Source: Malacoraja senta (Eukaryota). From it: a stretch of 64,000 bases of DNA. Position numbers and translations under genes: made by a program. The stretch covers positions 1 to 64,000 of the forward strand of contig JAXLNO010002227.1 of NCBI GenBank assembly GCA_038087875.1. The letters are read 5' to 3'. Positions within the stretch are counted from its first letter, which is position 1. Every line of letters begins with the position of its first letter. Of this stretch, positions 1 through 14,000 are shown in pieces. The notes beneath the pieces are model-generated. The model ran no database searches. It saw only the letters and a program-made list of their open reading frames with translations, and was not told the origin of the DNA.

Positions 1-99
1 AGATGTACAGTGGATAACGTTATCTTTTTCAATATGATGTTGATTGAATATTTGATAATGTATTATTGTATTTATTTATCACACATAATGAATGTCTAA

Positions 100-284
100 T
101 GGGCCTGTCCCCCTTGGACGATTTTTTTGGCGACTATAGGCGACTGCTGCAAAATTTTCAGCATGTTGAAATATTTTAGGCGACAGTGGCGACAAATTTT
201 GCTGTCGTAGGTTGACATAGGTGCTTCCGTAGGTGAATTCCATTAAAACTAGTCCCTGGTAGTCGCCTAAGTGGGACAGGCCCC
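100..284. mobile_element. PIF/Harbinger-like MITE
   Basis: TIRs GGGCCTGTCCC…/…GGGACAGGCCC; same family as 7126-7325. Confidence 0.7.
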
Positions 285-2236
285 TGAAGAGTAGTTTGGT
301 GTCGCTGTGAACCGCACCAACTTTCTCCCCTCTTGTGGCACAACATATAGTCAGATGTTGAGTGTTCCATCTATGTTGAGTGGACTTTGCACTTTTCCAC
401 ACAAAGAAAGCAGCTGAGATTTACACCATCTTCGATGATCTGACACTTCCTAATGAGATGTTATTGGAGAAGCCTCAAGTGCCCCAGCAGTTCAACAATA
501 TAGGGAAACAAAGGAAGAAAAAGAGAAATGCTTTGCACTTCACTCCAAAAAAAATACCCTATCCCCATTGGTGTGTTTATGTTGACCTTGTGCTGTTTGG
601 CTATTATTTACTTTATGGATCTCCAGTTTTTCATTTTTGGAGCTGACATATTAATTATTAAGGACTTTTTAGTCACTTCAGCCAAATATTTTTTGGCTGA
701 AGTGTTTTCAATGGTCTTTTCCAGTGCTGCTCAGCAGTGGCATTTTGGCAGTAATGTGCTTGCTGCATGTATTGGAGATACATTTGAACTGAATTGTCAT
801 GTGAGATATCCAAATTCATAGCTTGGTGAACTAACATACCAAATGAAATAAGAAAACATTTATTTGTATAAATTTAAAATTGGATGCATGACTGCAATGG
901 CTAAAAAATTACAATTAATAAACGGTATTATTATGTGTAAACTTACAAATTATGACATTCTTATATTTACTGTGTAATTTCTAAAGTACTAATACAAAGA
1001 AAAGAAAACAGAAAATTGCTGAAGTATATACGCGAAATAAGAGGCTTCCTTTCATGTCTCTCTCATTTGAAAAAAAATTGCCTACTGGCAGGTTGGTTCC
1101 AAGTAATTTCTACTTGTGTATTTAAAGTAATATGGGTGTACAATATTGAGGTTTGGTACTTTCCCGTTTGGTTGACATCTTTTGTCCAACCTTTAAATAT
1201 GGTCGCCCCAACAATATGTACAGTTGTGGGAAGTTATCAAGACTTTTTTTGAATTTTCAATATGGATGAGCTTGTTTTGGAGAGCTATACCTTTGTTATT
1301 CTTGCTAATTTAGTAGCCTATTCTATTCATGAATATATCATTGAATTTATTTAGTTAGTTGTGGGTTTTTAGTTCCCTTGATAGCCCCTCACCCAAATGT
1401 CTGTGTATCCTTGCATCAGTTGGCAACTGGTAGTATCGACCAGACAATGCGGATGATCAGCCATGAATTGTGGATGATCAGCCCTGATCACAATGAATCG
1501 AAGAGCCAAATGACCTCCTCCTGCACCTATTTTCTATAACCTGTAGGGCGAGAATCACAATTGAGACTCTTTCAGCATCTCTGCAAGTTTTGGTCACTGG
1601 ATGAAGATTAGAATTGTAGAGTCGCTTAATATCTCTTTCCCTAAGCTTATCCTATCATTGAGCCTCGCAAACACTGCCTGGTGTGGTGTTGGACTAAAGC
1701 ACACACCTTCCTAAAGTGGATGCTCTTCTAATATTTCTTGAATTCATAATTATAAAATAACTCTTCTGAAATAACATGGCGCCCTGTTTATGAAGATCTG
1801 TATCATGGATGTTAAACCAATTGTTGACGGCATAATTATCATTACCATTGCAATATGTTGATTCACTGGCTCTCCCTGTTCTCAAGTGGTTGGGTGGGGT
1901 GCTTTGGATTTTATAGGTCTGCATTAAAGCAGCTATTGTCTTGCTTCGCTCATTCAAAAATATAATATTTCTTCTGGTTTGGAAAATATTACTGATGTAA
2001 GATTTGATTCTTGAAATGAAGGTTATATGAGCAGTTTCTAAACCTAAAACTGATTGGAATGGTCAGGAAGCAACCGCAGGAACACCTAATCCTAGTTACA
2101 TAACATTAGCGCTCACATGTACTTTCAGTGCTCGAGGCTAATCACCAGGCTTCGTATGTGTTGCAACTATGTTATATAAGTTGTCAAGAGCAGTTTAACA
2201 GGAATTAGTGTTGCTATCAATTATATAAACAAATTA

Positions 2237-3607
2237 TGAGGAAGGACATTATTGCTATTGAGGGAGTGCAGCGTAGGTTTACAAGGTTAATTCCCGGGAT
2301 GGTGGGACTGTCATATGCTGAGTGAATGGAGCGGCTGGGCTTGTATACTCTGGAGTTTAGAAGAACGAGAGGGGATCTTATTGAAACATAAGATTATTAA
2401 GGGTTTGGACACGCTAGAGGCAGGAAACATGTTCCCCGTGTTGGGGGAGTCCAGAACCAGGGGCTACTGTTTAAGAATAAGGGGTAAGCCATTTAGAACG
2501 GAGATGAGGAAACACTTTTTCACACAGAGAGTTGTGAGTTTGTGGAATTCTCTGCCTCAGAGGGCGGTGGAGGCCAGTTCTCTGGATACTTTCAAGAGAG
2601 AGCTAGATAGTAAGTAAGTAAGTAAGTAAATTTTATTTATATAGCACGTTTAAATCAACTCGCGTTGAAACCAAAGTGCTTTACATAAAAGAAATAATAA
2701 AAGAAATACTTAAGTTTCCGTACATCCATAGAAAAATTAAAAATCAGAAAAATGACATAACATTATAGAATTCAACAAGAACATCCCGCCACAACAGAAT
2801 CAAAATTTTCCACTGTGGGGAAAGGCAACAAAAAGATAAGTCCTCATCCTCTGTGAAACACCTGAGGTCGGGGCCTATTTGTGGCCTCCACAGCCAGTCT
2901 GATGTTTTCAGGCCCTCTTTGCCGGAAAGCTGGAACTCCGCCGTTGGGGGAACACTCCTCAGCGGCTTGGAGAATGTCTGGAGCGGCCGCTCCCTCCCCG
3001 GAGACCACGGCGCCCGTAGTCCTCAGGCCGCGCTGGTTGGAGCTCTGACTCTGGCGATCTTGGACCCCTGGCTCGCAGCCACAGCTCCTCGATGTTGGAG
3101 TCGGCGGTCACCGCACTCCAGAGCTTACCGCACAGCGGCCCGGTAAGGCATCGCCTGCTCCGTGTTGGTGTCCCAGCGCTGTGCCGCCACCGAAGCTGTA
3201 GTCCCGGCCGGTCCCGACAGGAAACGCCGCTCCAGTCCAATGGTAGGCCGCGAGGAAGGGGTGAAGAAACAGCTCGGAGGGAAGCCGCCTCTCTGACCAG
3301 GTAGGGGACTAAGAAATAAAGTTTCCCCCTTCCCCTCCCCCCACCCACCACATAAAAGACCTCCAACTAACATTTGTTTTTTGACAGGACTAAAAATAAA
3401 AATAAAAAAGGGTGAAAGGACGGACTGCAGGGAGAGCAGCCACACAACGGCGCCCCACTCCTGCAGTAGGGCTCTTAAAGATAGTGGAGTCAGGGGATAT
3501 GGGGAGAAGGCAGGAACAGGGTGCTGATTGGGGATGATCAGGCATGATCACATTGAATGGCGGTGCTGGCTCGAAGGGCGGAATGGCCTACTCCTGCATC
3601 TATTGTC
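2237..3607 (+). mobile_element. CR1-clade LINE 3' fragment interrupted by an insertion at ~2611-3465
   Basis: CR1 ORF2 C-terminus (…[23 protein letters not shown]…FKRELD) resumes at 3466 with the CR1 3'UTR. Confidence 0.85.
2611..3465 (-). mobile_element. Non-autonomous GC-rich element with L2-type 3' tail and (TTAC)n end
   Basis: Reverse complement of 2611-2686 matches the 3' tail of the L2 LINE at 63330-63407; inserted inside CR1. Confidence 0.7.
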
Positions 3608-3850
3608 TGAGCAAAAAAACAAGTATTGGAGGAACTCAGCAGGTATGGCAACATCTATGGAGGGAAATTGTCAGACAACGTCCTGGGTCAGGACCCGAAA
3701 AGCCATCTACCTGTTTCCCTCCACAGATGCTGCTTGACCCTCTGAGCTCCTCCAGCTGTTTTTGTTTTGCTCAAGATTCTAGCATCTGCAATATCTTGTG
3801 TGTCTATATAAAAGTTGATGTGCTTGTTCTAAATTTTCCTATATAGGTTT

Positions 3851-4171
3851 TTTTTAGTTTAGTTCAGAGATACAGCGCGGAAACAGGCCCTTCGGCCCAC
3901 CAGGTCCGCGCCGACCAGCGATTCCCGCGCATTAACACTATCCTGCACCCACTAGGGACAATTTTTACATTTACCAAGCCAATTAACCTACAAACCTGTA
4001 CATCTTTTGAGTGTGGGAGGAAACCGAAGATCTCGAAGAAAACCCACGCAGGTCACGGGGAGATCGTACGAACTCCGTACCGACAGCGCCCGTAGTTGGG
4101 ATCGAACCCGGGTCTCCGTTGCTGCATTCGCTGTAAGGCAACAACTCTACCACTGCGCCACCGTGACTGCC
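3851..4171 (-). mobile_element. HE1-like tRNA-derived V-SINE
   Basis: A/B-box-like head, central domain, CR1-derived tail ending (CTAAA)n. Confidence 0.85.
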
Positions 4172-5374
4172 CTATTTACTGTTGTAATAATTGGGCCATC
4201 TGACAAAACAACATTTAAAATTGTACTGACTAATGTTTTACTTCAGAGTAATCTAATCTAGATCTCCACACTTGTCTTACTCCATATGTAACATGCACAC
4301 AACTCCTCAATAAATGTACTGTTGCAACACTGTACCTAACTGGATTGGTTTCCAACGCATTAAAAAATTTGTAACAAAGCTTGTCTACCATTAGCATTCT
4401 TCTCCGCATAATTTGAAGTACCTACTAATTTATGGGTTTGCTCTGTGTGATTTTTCTTTTCCCCCAATTGGATGTATGGTAGAAATGGCATGATATACAA
4501 GGAAATGGGGCGATTAAACATACAAGGAAAACCTTCGCTCAAGCTGCAAAGTCATGAATTCCTAGAATCCTTTTTCTGTTGGTGTGGAGAAGAAACCTAT
4601 TCTGAAATGGGTATTTGCTTCAATTCTAGAAGAATGTTGATGAACTTTCAGTTCAAGGGTTAGATTTGTGAAACTGTTCCACTGGCTGTTGAACTGCACA
4701 GGAGTTGTGGTATTTTTGCTGCATTTCATTGAGATTCAATTATGTTTGTTTCTCTCAGATAATTCTGGCGGTGTATTTGATTTTCACTCAGTCTTCCTGA
4801 ATAAATATGATCCCAAATAGGCAATAGCCCCTTGCTTTTATTGCCATTTTGTATTTCTCGACCTGTTTGTAGTGGAAAATTGCTTTGCCATGCCCTAATG
4901 AACTTGAGATGATGGTAAAGTGTATTTTGACCATGAATGTCTGTGGTTTTATTTGTAAGATAGAGAGAAACTTTCATCAGCAGCCTGTGCACCCCCTCCT
5001 TAAAACTTGCTTGCATAAACTTTGTGTTGGTAATATTCAGTGTGAATCAAGTGAAAGGAAGTGTTTTGGCAGTCAGGCAGCATCTGTGTGGGGGAAGGGA
5101 GAGGAATGGGCAGAAGGCATTTCAGGTCGGGAGCCTTCTGCAGTTTGATTCAATCAGCCTGAAGAAGGGTCGCGACCCAAAATGTAATTTGTTCATCCCC
5201 TCTCCACAGATGCTACTTGACCTGCTGTTTTAATCAGCACTTGTGTTTTGCTGAAGATTCCAAGTTTCTTGTGTCTCCAAAATGTTGATTTTTTTTCCCT
5301 TTCAGGCATTTATAGCATGAATGATTGTTGACCTTCAAATCAAAACTAAGACAATTTTACTTTTTGTTATACAG

Positions 5375-5464
5375 CTCCAATTTTCAGAGCCACTGCAGCT
5401 CAAATGGATTCAGCCTCATCAGTGCTAGCTCAGAACAGGACAACCCTTCAACAAGTGGCTGCAG
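5375..5464 (+). CDS. PER2: PER2 exon ([30 protein letters not shown])
   Basis: acag| ... |gtaggt; conserved [12 protein letters not shown]; phase 2/2. Confidence 0.88.
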
Positions 5465-7987
5465 GTAGGTGTCACATTCCCCAGTCCCTATCCTCACTAA
5501 CCGTCCAGTTGTAACGTTTCAAGGTAATTGTGCTCTTCAAAGTGATAAAACATTCCCTGTTTTTGATTGCGAGGTTTTGGCAAGGTTTAAACTTTTGTTG
5601 GTTAGGTGCACTAAATTTTCAAAATATAAAGTTCCTTCTAATCCACTCGCCATTTGCTTGAACCAATTTCCTGAAAAATCTTTCCTTGCTCCCCATGCTT
5701 TCTGCTTCCTACACTTTTCCTGCCAGGTAAGGTCATTCACACCACCTTTTCCACCCGCTGCCATCTTCATCCTGGGGGAATTCCAATCATCAGAAGCTGG
5801 ACTGATCCTGTAGCCGCAGGAGTTGGTTGGAGGCTGAGTGCCCGGCTCTGAGCCTCTTGCCTTCTGATACACTGAAACTTTTTCCACTATCTACACAGCA
5901 CGTCACTCCATTTGCCTAGGTAGGTGCAGCTTCCAAATGTACTGAGATAACCCGGCACCATCCAATAGAAAGCAGCCCATGATGTCTAATTCCGTGGCAC
6001 CGTGCCTGCAGAATGTGCCCTTTGGGAAAATACTCTGAGAAGTGCTTGGGTCACTCCAACAGCAACTCCCATACTCTCAACCTCTACCACTAGAATGGTT
6101 AAGGTGTTGGGATGGGATGCCATTATCTGCAGAAACTTTCAAAGTCGCCTACCATCCTGATTATAAATATGTTTGCTGTTCATACTCATTGGGCCTAGAA
6201 CTCATTACCAAGCAGAATTGTGCTAGTTCCTTGACCAGATGGACTGCTGCAAGAAAGCAGTCACCACTATCTTCACAACGGTAGTTGAGTATTGACAATA
6301 AATGGGAATCTCGGCAGGTAATAAACTACAGAAAATTAATGTTCTGCAGTGTACTGTTCCTGCGGGCTTTTGGTGACAGAAGATTATCAATTGAATCAAA
6401 TATGAGTTTAACAAGTTTGTAGACCTGGTCTCTTGTGTATTTATTTCCCTTCTCCTTTCACTATGTTGCCATACCCTGTCCTCACTCATCCTTAGATCTG
6501 GACAATGGATTAACTTTGATCAAAAGCTGGTGATACATTTGTACAGATACAAAAGTATTTTTTGTTTAAGAAATGAACTGCAGATGCTGGAAAATCGAAG
6601 GTAGACAAAAATGCTGGAGAAACTCAGTGGGTGAGGCAGCATCTATGGAGCGAAGGAAATAGGCGACGTTTCGGGTCGAGACCCTTCTTCAGACTGATGT
6701 GGGGGGGGAAGAAGAAAGAAAGAAAGGAAACCTATCTTTTGCGTGCTTTCAGCAATGCATTGAAGTTAGAACTTTATCGTCACAAAGAAAGGCCCTATAT
6801 TGATTTATTACAATTACACTAGATATTTTACATGCTTTATTCCTATGTTGGATGCTATTCTTTTTATTTGCTGGCTTGACCCAATCTATTCTACAATTAT
6901 GATACATTCTTTTTATTTCAAGCAGATTATATTTTTTATTTGTGCTGAATGCCCTAATGAGTACAAATTCCTTCCTTGGCTTGTGTGCTATTTTTTTTTC
7001 ATCGCCACAGTAAAGTGGGTTAGTTCCTTCTCTAAGCAGTGCAAGCAAGTTATTTACCAAGCTGATTGAGGCAGTTTAATAGCAAGATACTTTTTTTTCC
7101 ATTCACCTTCCTTTGAAGAGCTTTAAGGGCCTGTCCAACTTGGGGATTTTTTCGGCGACTGCCGGCATCATTGACTGACGCATCAGGTCACAGAAAAATA
7201 CGTGGCGTGATGACGTGTGACGCGGCGTGATGATGTATGACGCGATTTTGAAATGTTAAATCTTTTGGCGACACTGATATGACGCCAGCAGTTGCTGAAA
7301 AAAATCGGCAAGTGGGACAGGCCCTTTATGAGTTTTACTACCTCCAATTGACCCAGGGATACAGGAGAAGAAAATAGACTATTGCTGATATGCATGCCTA
7401 ATTTAATCTAAGTAAACATTTAGGGAGCTGTTGTTTTTTTTCCTCTGTGTAATTGAGTGCTACTAATCAATAAAAGACAGTTCCATAAACTTTTGCATTT
7501 TCTCCTCAAAGTTGAGTTTACTGAACCAAATAAGGCCAACTCAAAAGAAACCTGTGAAAAGCCAACGATATACAAGATTGTAGCTTGTGATAACGATGAA
7601 CATTTGTCTGAAACTATTTTGAAAATGAAATTAAAGCTGTACGTTTATCTTTTTATATTGCAGTAGCGACCAATCTGCTAAAGCAAAGACACAGAAAGAG
7701 TTGCTAAAAGCATTTACAGGCTTAAAAAAGCACTTGCCTTCTGAAATGATGGCCAAAGGAAAATCTAGGACACTTTCTACACTGAAATATGCATTGCAGT
7801 GCATAAAACAAGTGCAAGGTAGGCTTCTAATACTTCTAAAGAGAATCCATATTTGAAGTGGTGGGCATGAGAAAGACATTGTTATGTGTATCCAATCCAG
7901 CTAGAAAAACACATTCATAAGAATATTTGAAATAAGAAAACCTACCTGCCTCTGAAAGAAATTAGGTCCTTCGGTTAATGGGAGCAG

Positions 7988-8027
<40 letters not shown>

Positions 8028-11000
8028 TATGAAATGAGGTGAACCCAACCCTCAATTTAGTAGAGAAAATCCCTTTGTCCTATCCAACCTTCATCCTTTC
8101 TACAACTTAAAACTAGCCAGTTATATCTTTCCCATTTGTGATGAAGGATCTTTAATATGAAATACCTGAGTATTTTCTAGTTTTTATTTCTGTTTCCATC
8201 ATTTGCATTTTGTTTTTCAGTAGTCTCCATTCTCTCTCTTATTTCAATGGAAGAGTGTATTAAATATTCCAGGTTTCACTTCATTACTACAATTTGGCTG
8301 GATCCCCCTCAATGTCTGATAATGTATTCATTTTAGAGTAAAAGTCTGATAATGGCTTGAGATGGTTCTTGTTTTGTGAACATTTTGAGATTTTAACTGG
8401 GCTTTTTCTTTAAAATAATTGCATAATATTGGCCATATTTAAATATTTTGTAACAATGTCTGTCAATTCATTCTGCAGCTAATGAAGAATACTACAAGTT
8501 CCTCATGAATGATGACACTGAATCAAATAGCTTGAACATGAAATCCTTCACCATTGATGAAGTAGAAAATATTATTTCTGAATACACCTCAAAGAATGCT
8601 GTAAGTTGCTTTAAAAAATATGTTCAGTACATAAACTGTAATAGCTTTGAGCATGAAGTGTTTCATATGCAGAGTCAAATGCAAATCCTGTCAATGGTTA
8701 ACAATTAAGAAAGCCAAGCAAGTTTGAGGTTGTTCAAAATTAGTTGCCTCTTTGAAGGAGAAGAAACCAAGTTAGTTGGGTAAAGCTACAAGTCAACAAG
8801 ATTGAAAGAGAAAGATTTGCTATTATATAGCTGCTTTCATATTCCTTTCATGACCTCCGTAACAGTTATTGTTATTTTTGGAAACACACCAAAGCAAATT
8901 TCCATAAGTGGCAGTTATGAGGATATTTTAGAAATAATAACTGAGGGATAAATCCTGATCAGGATACTGAATAACTCCTTGTACTTCGCCTAAACAATGC
9001 CTTGTGATCTTTTGTGTTCAACTGAGAGAGCAAACAAGGCCTTGGTTTAATTTCCCACTTCAAAATGATACTTCCAAGAGGATGTGTGCTCCCTTGTTGC
9101 TCCGTTGAGGTATATGCTTAGAATTAAGTGCTCATAGTCCTGGAATGGGCAAAAAATCTTCTTATTTGAAGAGGGTTCTCTCAAATGATGGATTACTGAG
9201 ATTAAAGTTCATAATTTGAATTCTGTATCGGAAGCTAGCTGAAATGCCCATGAGAGATGCAAGCAGGCAGAGTGCTAAAATCCATTTAGTGTTGCAATGC
9301 AGATCAGTACAAGTTCTGAGGAAAATTTGTTCCTCTAATTGTAAAAGTATATTGGAACTACACACAAACTGCTGGAGTAACTCAGCGGGTCAGGCAGCAT
9401 CTCTGGAGAAAAGGAACAGGGAACGTTTCAGGTTGACACCTTTCTTGACCCGAAACGCCACCTGTTCCTTTTATCCAGAGATGCTGCCTAACCCGCTGAG
9501 TTACTCCAGCATTTTGTGTCTATCTTTGGTGTAAACCAGCATCTGCAGTTCCTTTCTACACCGTATATTGGAACTAACAGCATAGGATACACACTACTAT
9601 GCCAATGACTTCAGTTTGTTTATGACTCGACCTTCATTTCTATATAATCAATACAGAATTCATAAATATTTAATTTTAAAAATAATAATTTTCTGTTTTA
9701 CAGGATATCTTTGCTGTTACTGTTTCCCTAATCACGGGTGAGATTGTATACATCTCTGACCAAGCCGCCTATATTCTGAACTGTAATAATGAAGTCTTCA
9801 AAAGCAAGAAGTTCACAGAACTCCTTGCTCCACAAGATATTGGAATTTTCTACAGCTCTACAAAGCCTTCTCAACTTCCTTTGTGGAACATGTGCCAAGC
9901 TGCTGGTGAGTGCATCGTGATATCAGCAGATCCTATTACAGCCTTTGGGTGAGATACTGTTATATAATGGTCTCCATTAAAAAGTGCTCTTCTCGTAGCA
10001 GTTATTTTGCTCATAGATTGGAGAAGTATAGCTGTCTAGTTACATAACTTTTCTAATCAATTTTCCAAATGATCCTAGATGAAAACAGTAAAATATAGAT
10101 CATTTATTACTTTTTCCATGGATGAATCGTATATTATCAACTGTGTCTGTTCTTCATTCTGCCATGACCATTTGCGTATTAATTTCTCTCTGAGCTGTCT
10201 CTAATTCATAAAATTAATTGAGCAAAGCTGTGAGCTAATTATCCATTATTACAATTCTGCCCTATTAGAAACAACAGACTTTTTCTTTCTTTCTTATTGT
10301 TTCCCTGCTTCCACCGTCCCCCATAAGCAGATTTTTGTTTAAACTTGGACCACTGTGACCTATTAAAAGAAAGCATTAATACATTTTATGGTATGAGTGT
10401 GTGTGTGTGAGATCAGTAAATGATTTTCCGCATATTTAAGTTGTGCATTTTAAGAGGAGGGTTAAATAGGCCATTTCTCATTGAAAAAATGATGAGTAGG
10501 GGGGTTATATAAATTTGTTGGGGAGCTCAGATTTGTGATCAATGCTTGGAGACCTAGACATTCTTACATTGAATGATCCTTGGTGTGCTCGGCATCTTAA
10601 CAAAGAACAAGATGCTCAGCACACAGTCTTCAGGCATGGCCAATTAGAAAAGGAATGCCGTCTTCCTGGGGTGGGTATCGTAGTTGAGAAACCATGCACT
10701 GGAAGTAACTCAATTGCAGAACTGACTGTTCCATTGATTTGTTTAAAGAAATGCAAGATTAATATGAGGGAGAAGCACTTATACTGCTAGCAGGTATGTA
10801 GGCTGCTTTTGTCTACTTTAGCAATGACCATGTCTTAAATTTTCATGGTTTAGATTTCCTAATCCCAGAATAATTCCCAGGTTAAACTGCAATGGCATGG
10901 CTATTAGAGTTGCTACATCATGCTCTGGCAACCTAGGGTCAACCTTGAGCAGTTTGCGTGGCGTTTACACATTCCACCTCTGATATCAAAGATATGCTGA

Positions 11001-14000
11001 TGATAGGTTAATGGCCTGCTGTAGATTGCCCTTATTGGGAAAAAACCTGGGGGGTCAGGGAGTTGATGGTACGATGGAAGGAATAAAGTGGGATTAATGT
11101 AAATGGGTGCTTAATAGTCAAGGCAGACTCAGTGGCTGAATGACTGATCAATTTTGGCATAATGGTTGCTTGCCCAAAATTGTGTACTTTTCATAACAAA
11201 GCAGATGCCACCATGACAAATTCCAACCCTATTGATCTTGCATTATGCGATTAAATCATGCTAGCATTATTTGATGACACCAGTTTAATAATTTTCATGC
11301 TTGTAAGTCGATCTACCTGTTGATTTTATTGCTCCAGTCTCTCAATAGACAATAGGTGCAGGAGTAGGCCATTCGGCCCTTCGAGCCAGCACCACCATTC
11401 AATGTGGTCATGGCTGATCATCCACAATCAGTTCCCCGTTCCTGCCTTCTCCCCATATCCCCTGACTATCTTTAAGAGCCCTATCTAGCGCTCTCTTGAA
11501 ATTGTCCAGAGAACTGGCCTCCCCCGCCCTCTGAGGCAGAGAATTCCACACTCACAACTCTCTGTGTGAAAAAAGTGTTTCCTCGTCTCCATTCTTAATG
11601 GCTTGCCCCTTTTTCTTAAACTCCCTCAACTTCGGGAACATGTTTCCTGCCTCTAGCGTGTCCAAACTCTTAATGATCTTGTATGTTTCAATAAGATCTC
11701 TCATCCTAAACTCCAGAGTATACAAGCCCAGCCGCTCCATTCTGTCAGCATATGATAGTCCCGCCATCCCGGGAATTAACCATGTAAACATACGCTGCAC
11801 TCCCTCAATAGCAAGAATGTCCTTCCTCAAATTAGGGGACCAAAACAGCACACAATACTCCAGGTGTGGTCTCACTGGGGCCCTATACATCATCTCTGCG
11901 GGCACTGGTCTTCACTGAACAGCATGAGAAACTGGTGGATTGAGCTTGCTGACAATTTTATTTCAATGGTCAAGGTTTTCTCAAGATTGCTGCAAACACT
12001 CTTCTTAATTAGGACACATGCACTGGTTAATGTAATGTGTTGATTCTGCATTAGAGTGAGTCTGAGGGCTGTGAGCATCATTTATCCCACAGGGAGAGCC
12101 ACGCAGATCCAACATAGTTCATTCTTGGTGGAGAAACCCACCCCAGGAAGACTGCGTTCCCCTTCTTCCTTATCCTCCCAGAAGAAGATGTGCATCACAC
12201 CTTGTTTGAGCTGACCATCGCCTCCCTATTGCGTCTCACTCAGAATGGCACTGTCAACGTGAGAATGTCAAAGACTCCAGACGAGATGGCAACTGAAGAT
12301 CCTTGGACCCAAAGTTCACGTTGAGGATGAAATGGTCTGAATATGCTTTCTTTTAGCTCCATTTGCAGTGGGAATTTTGAGGTTGAGGCCTCAGCAGTCG
12401 AAGATGTGGTTTCTCGCCTCAGCAGTCGAAGATGTGGTTTCTGTTTTCCCTCTCATTTAGAGATTATTAACCATGTGTTATTTCTAAACTTGGCAGAACC
12501 TTGTTTAGTCGTGCAGAATATACCAGGAAGATTATCACACCATTTGATAAAACTGTTACCAAATATGACAACATCATATTTGATCTTTTTGCACACTTTT
12601 GTCTTCACAAAAGACTCCATTAATTAATAATGTGGTGTTTAACTGTATGAGCAGATACTTAGATTTTGTCTATCTCCATTAAGTGCAATTGCTTAACTTG
12701 TTACTGTTGCTGTCTTTCAGGTTCATCCCCTTTCGATTGTATGCAGGAGAAGTCCTTCTTCTGTCGGATTAGGTGAGTACTGGAAAGGTTGGAGAGGAAT
12801 GAACCAACGAGTGAAAGGGTTGTGTGGGGAAGATCGTGGTACTGGGTCCTGTACACAAGAGCATTGACCTGATCTGTATGATGATCATCACCCATATAAC
12901 CTGTGAGGAACTTGCTAGTACTTGGGAGCTCTGGATTGGACTTTATGAAAATGACTGGCTCTGTAGACTTCAGAGAAAATCCCAAACCATTAAGTTGTGC
13001 AAAAAAAACAGCTTTTTTAAAAAATTGATAGAAATATCGACCCAGAAGTTCAATTGCATAATTCTGTTTTTCCAGCACCATGCAATATGAAATCAATTTG
13101 TCCTGGAGTGAAATGCACAATTAACATTGAGTTTCTCCAGATGTTTGCCCAGGCAACCCTGGTAGTGATTTGCCCGTCGTGTCCTTGATGTAATTCCCAA
13201 TGCACTGATCCTTTGGAAGCAATTCAAGTGAATGTGGACCACATTGTCCTGTGTGTGGCCACTCTTGAGCAGGCCTAGGGCTTCTCAATACCTGTCTTTC
13301 ATCATTGAGTTCTGTTTGTGCCCAAACTACACCTTCTCCCATCACTACTGCCACCCTAGGCCCAAACCACAAATTTGCAAAGCTCCATTTCCTTCAATTC
13401 CTTCTAATCCTTTGGAGCCCACCACTTTCCTCTAAGATCCTTAAGAGCACTTAAGCGCTGAGTTCACATTCCTCATCTGCCATCCTTGGACCTGGTCATT
13501 CTCCCCTGTCACCGCAGTACCAATCAGGAGCCAGCTAATCCTCCTAATCTAACACCTTGAACCCAACTTTCAAATCTGCTTCCAGACTGCTTGACTGTTG
13601 CCTAAGACTCTGCGCTTTTCAGTGTACCTGAACCTTTGGATTTCTCCCATAGCCCCAAAACATGCGGGTTCATAGGTTAAATGGCCTCTGTAAATTGCCG
13701 CTAGTGTGTAGGGAGTGAATGACAAAGTAGGGTAATGGAGAACTAGTGTGAATGAATGATCAGTGGTCAGTATAGAGAGTCTAATTGGAGAAGGAGTATG
13801 GAGTAGATTCAGAGATCAGTCGTCATAGAACTAGACTCAAGAAGGAGTGTTGGAAATTGGAGGGTCAGTAGTTGGTAGAGGAAGGAAATCTGGGTGGAGA
13901 TTTGGGGATCGGACTGCCAAGTGAGCAGAGAGTTGGTGCCTGAGCCAATCTTCAATATGTGATATTGATGGGTTGGGCGCGGGAGAGGATTAGATTGTAC

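Noticed and set aside
1-5374. First coding exon of PER2 (ORFs 380..646, 4472..4663)
   Set aside because: No PER-like SSG-rich N-terminal sequence found; the exon is presumably upstream of the window
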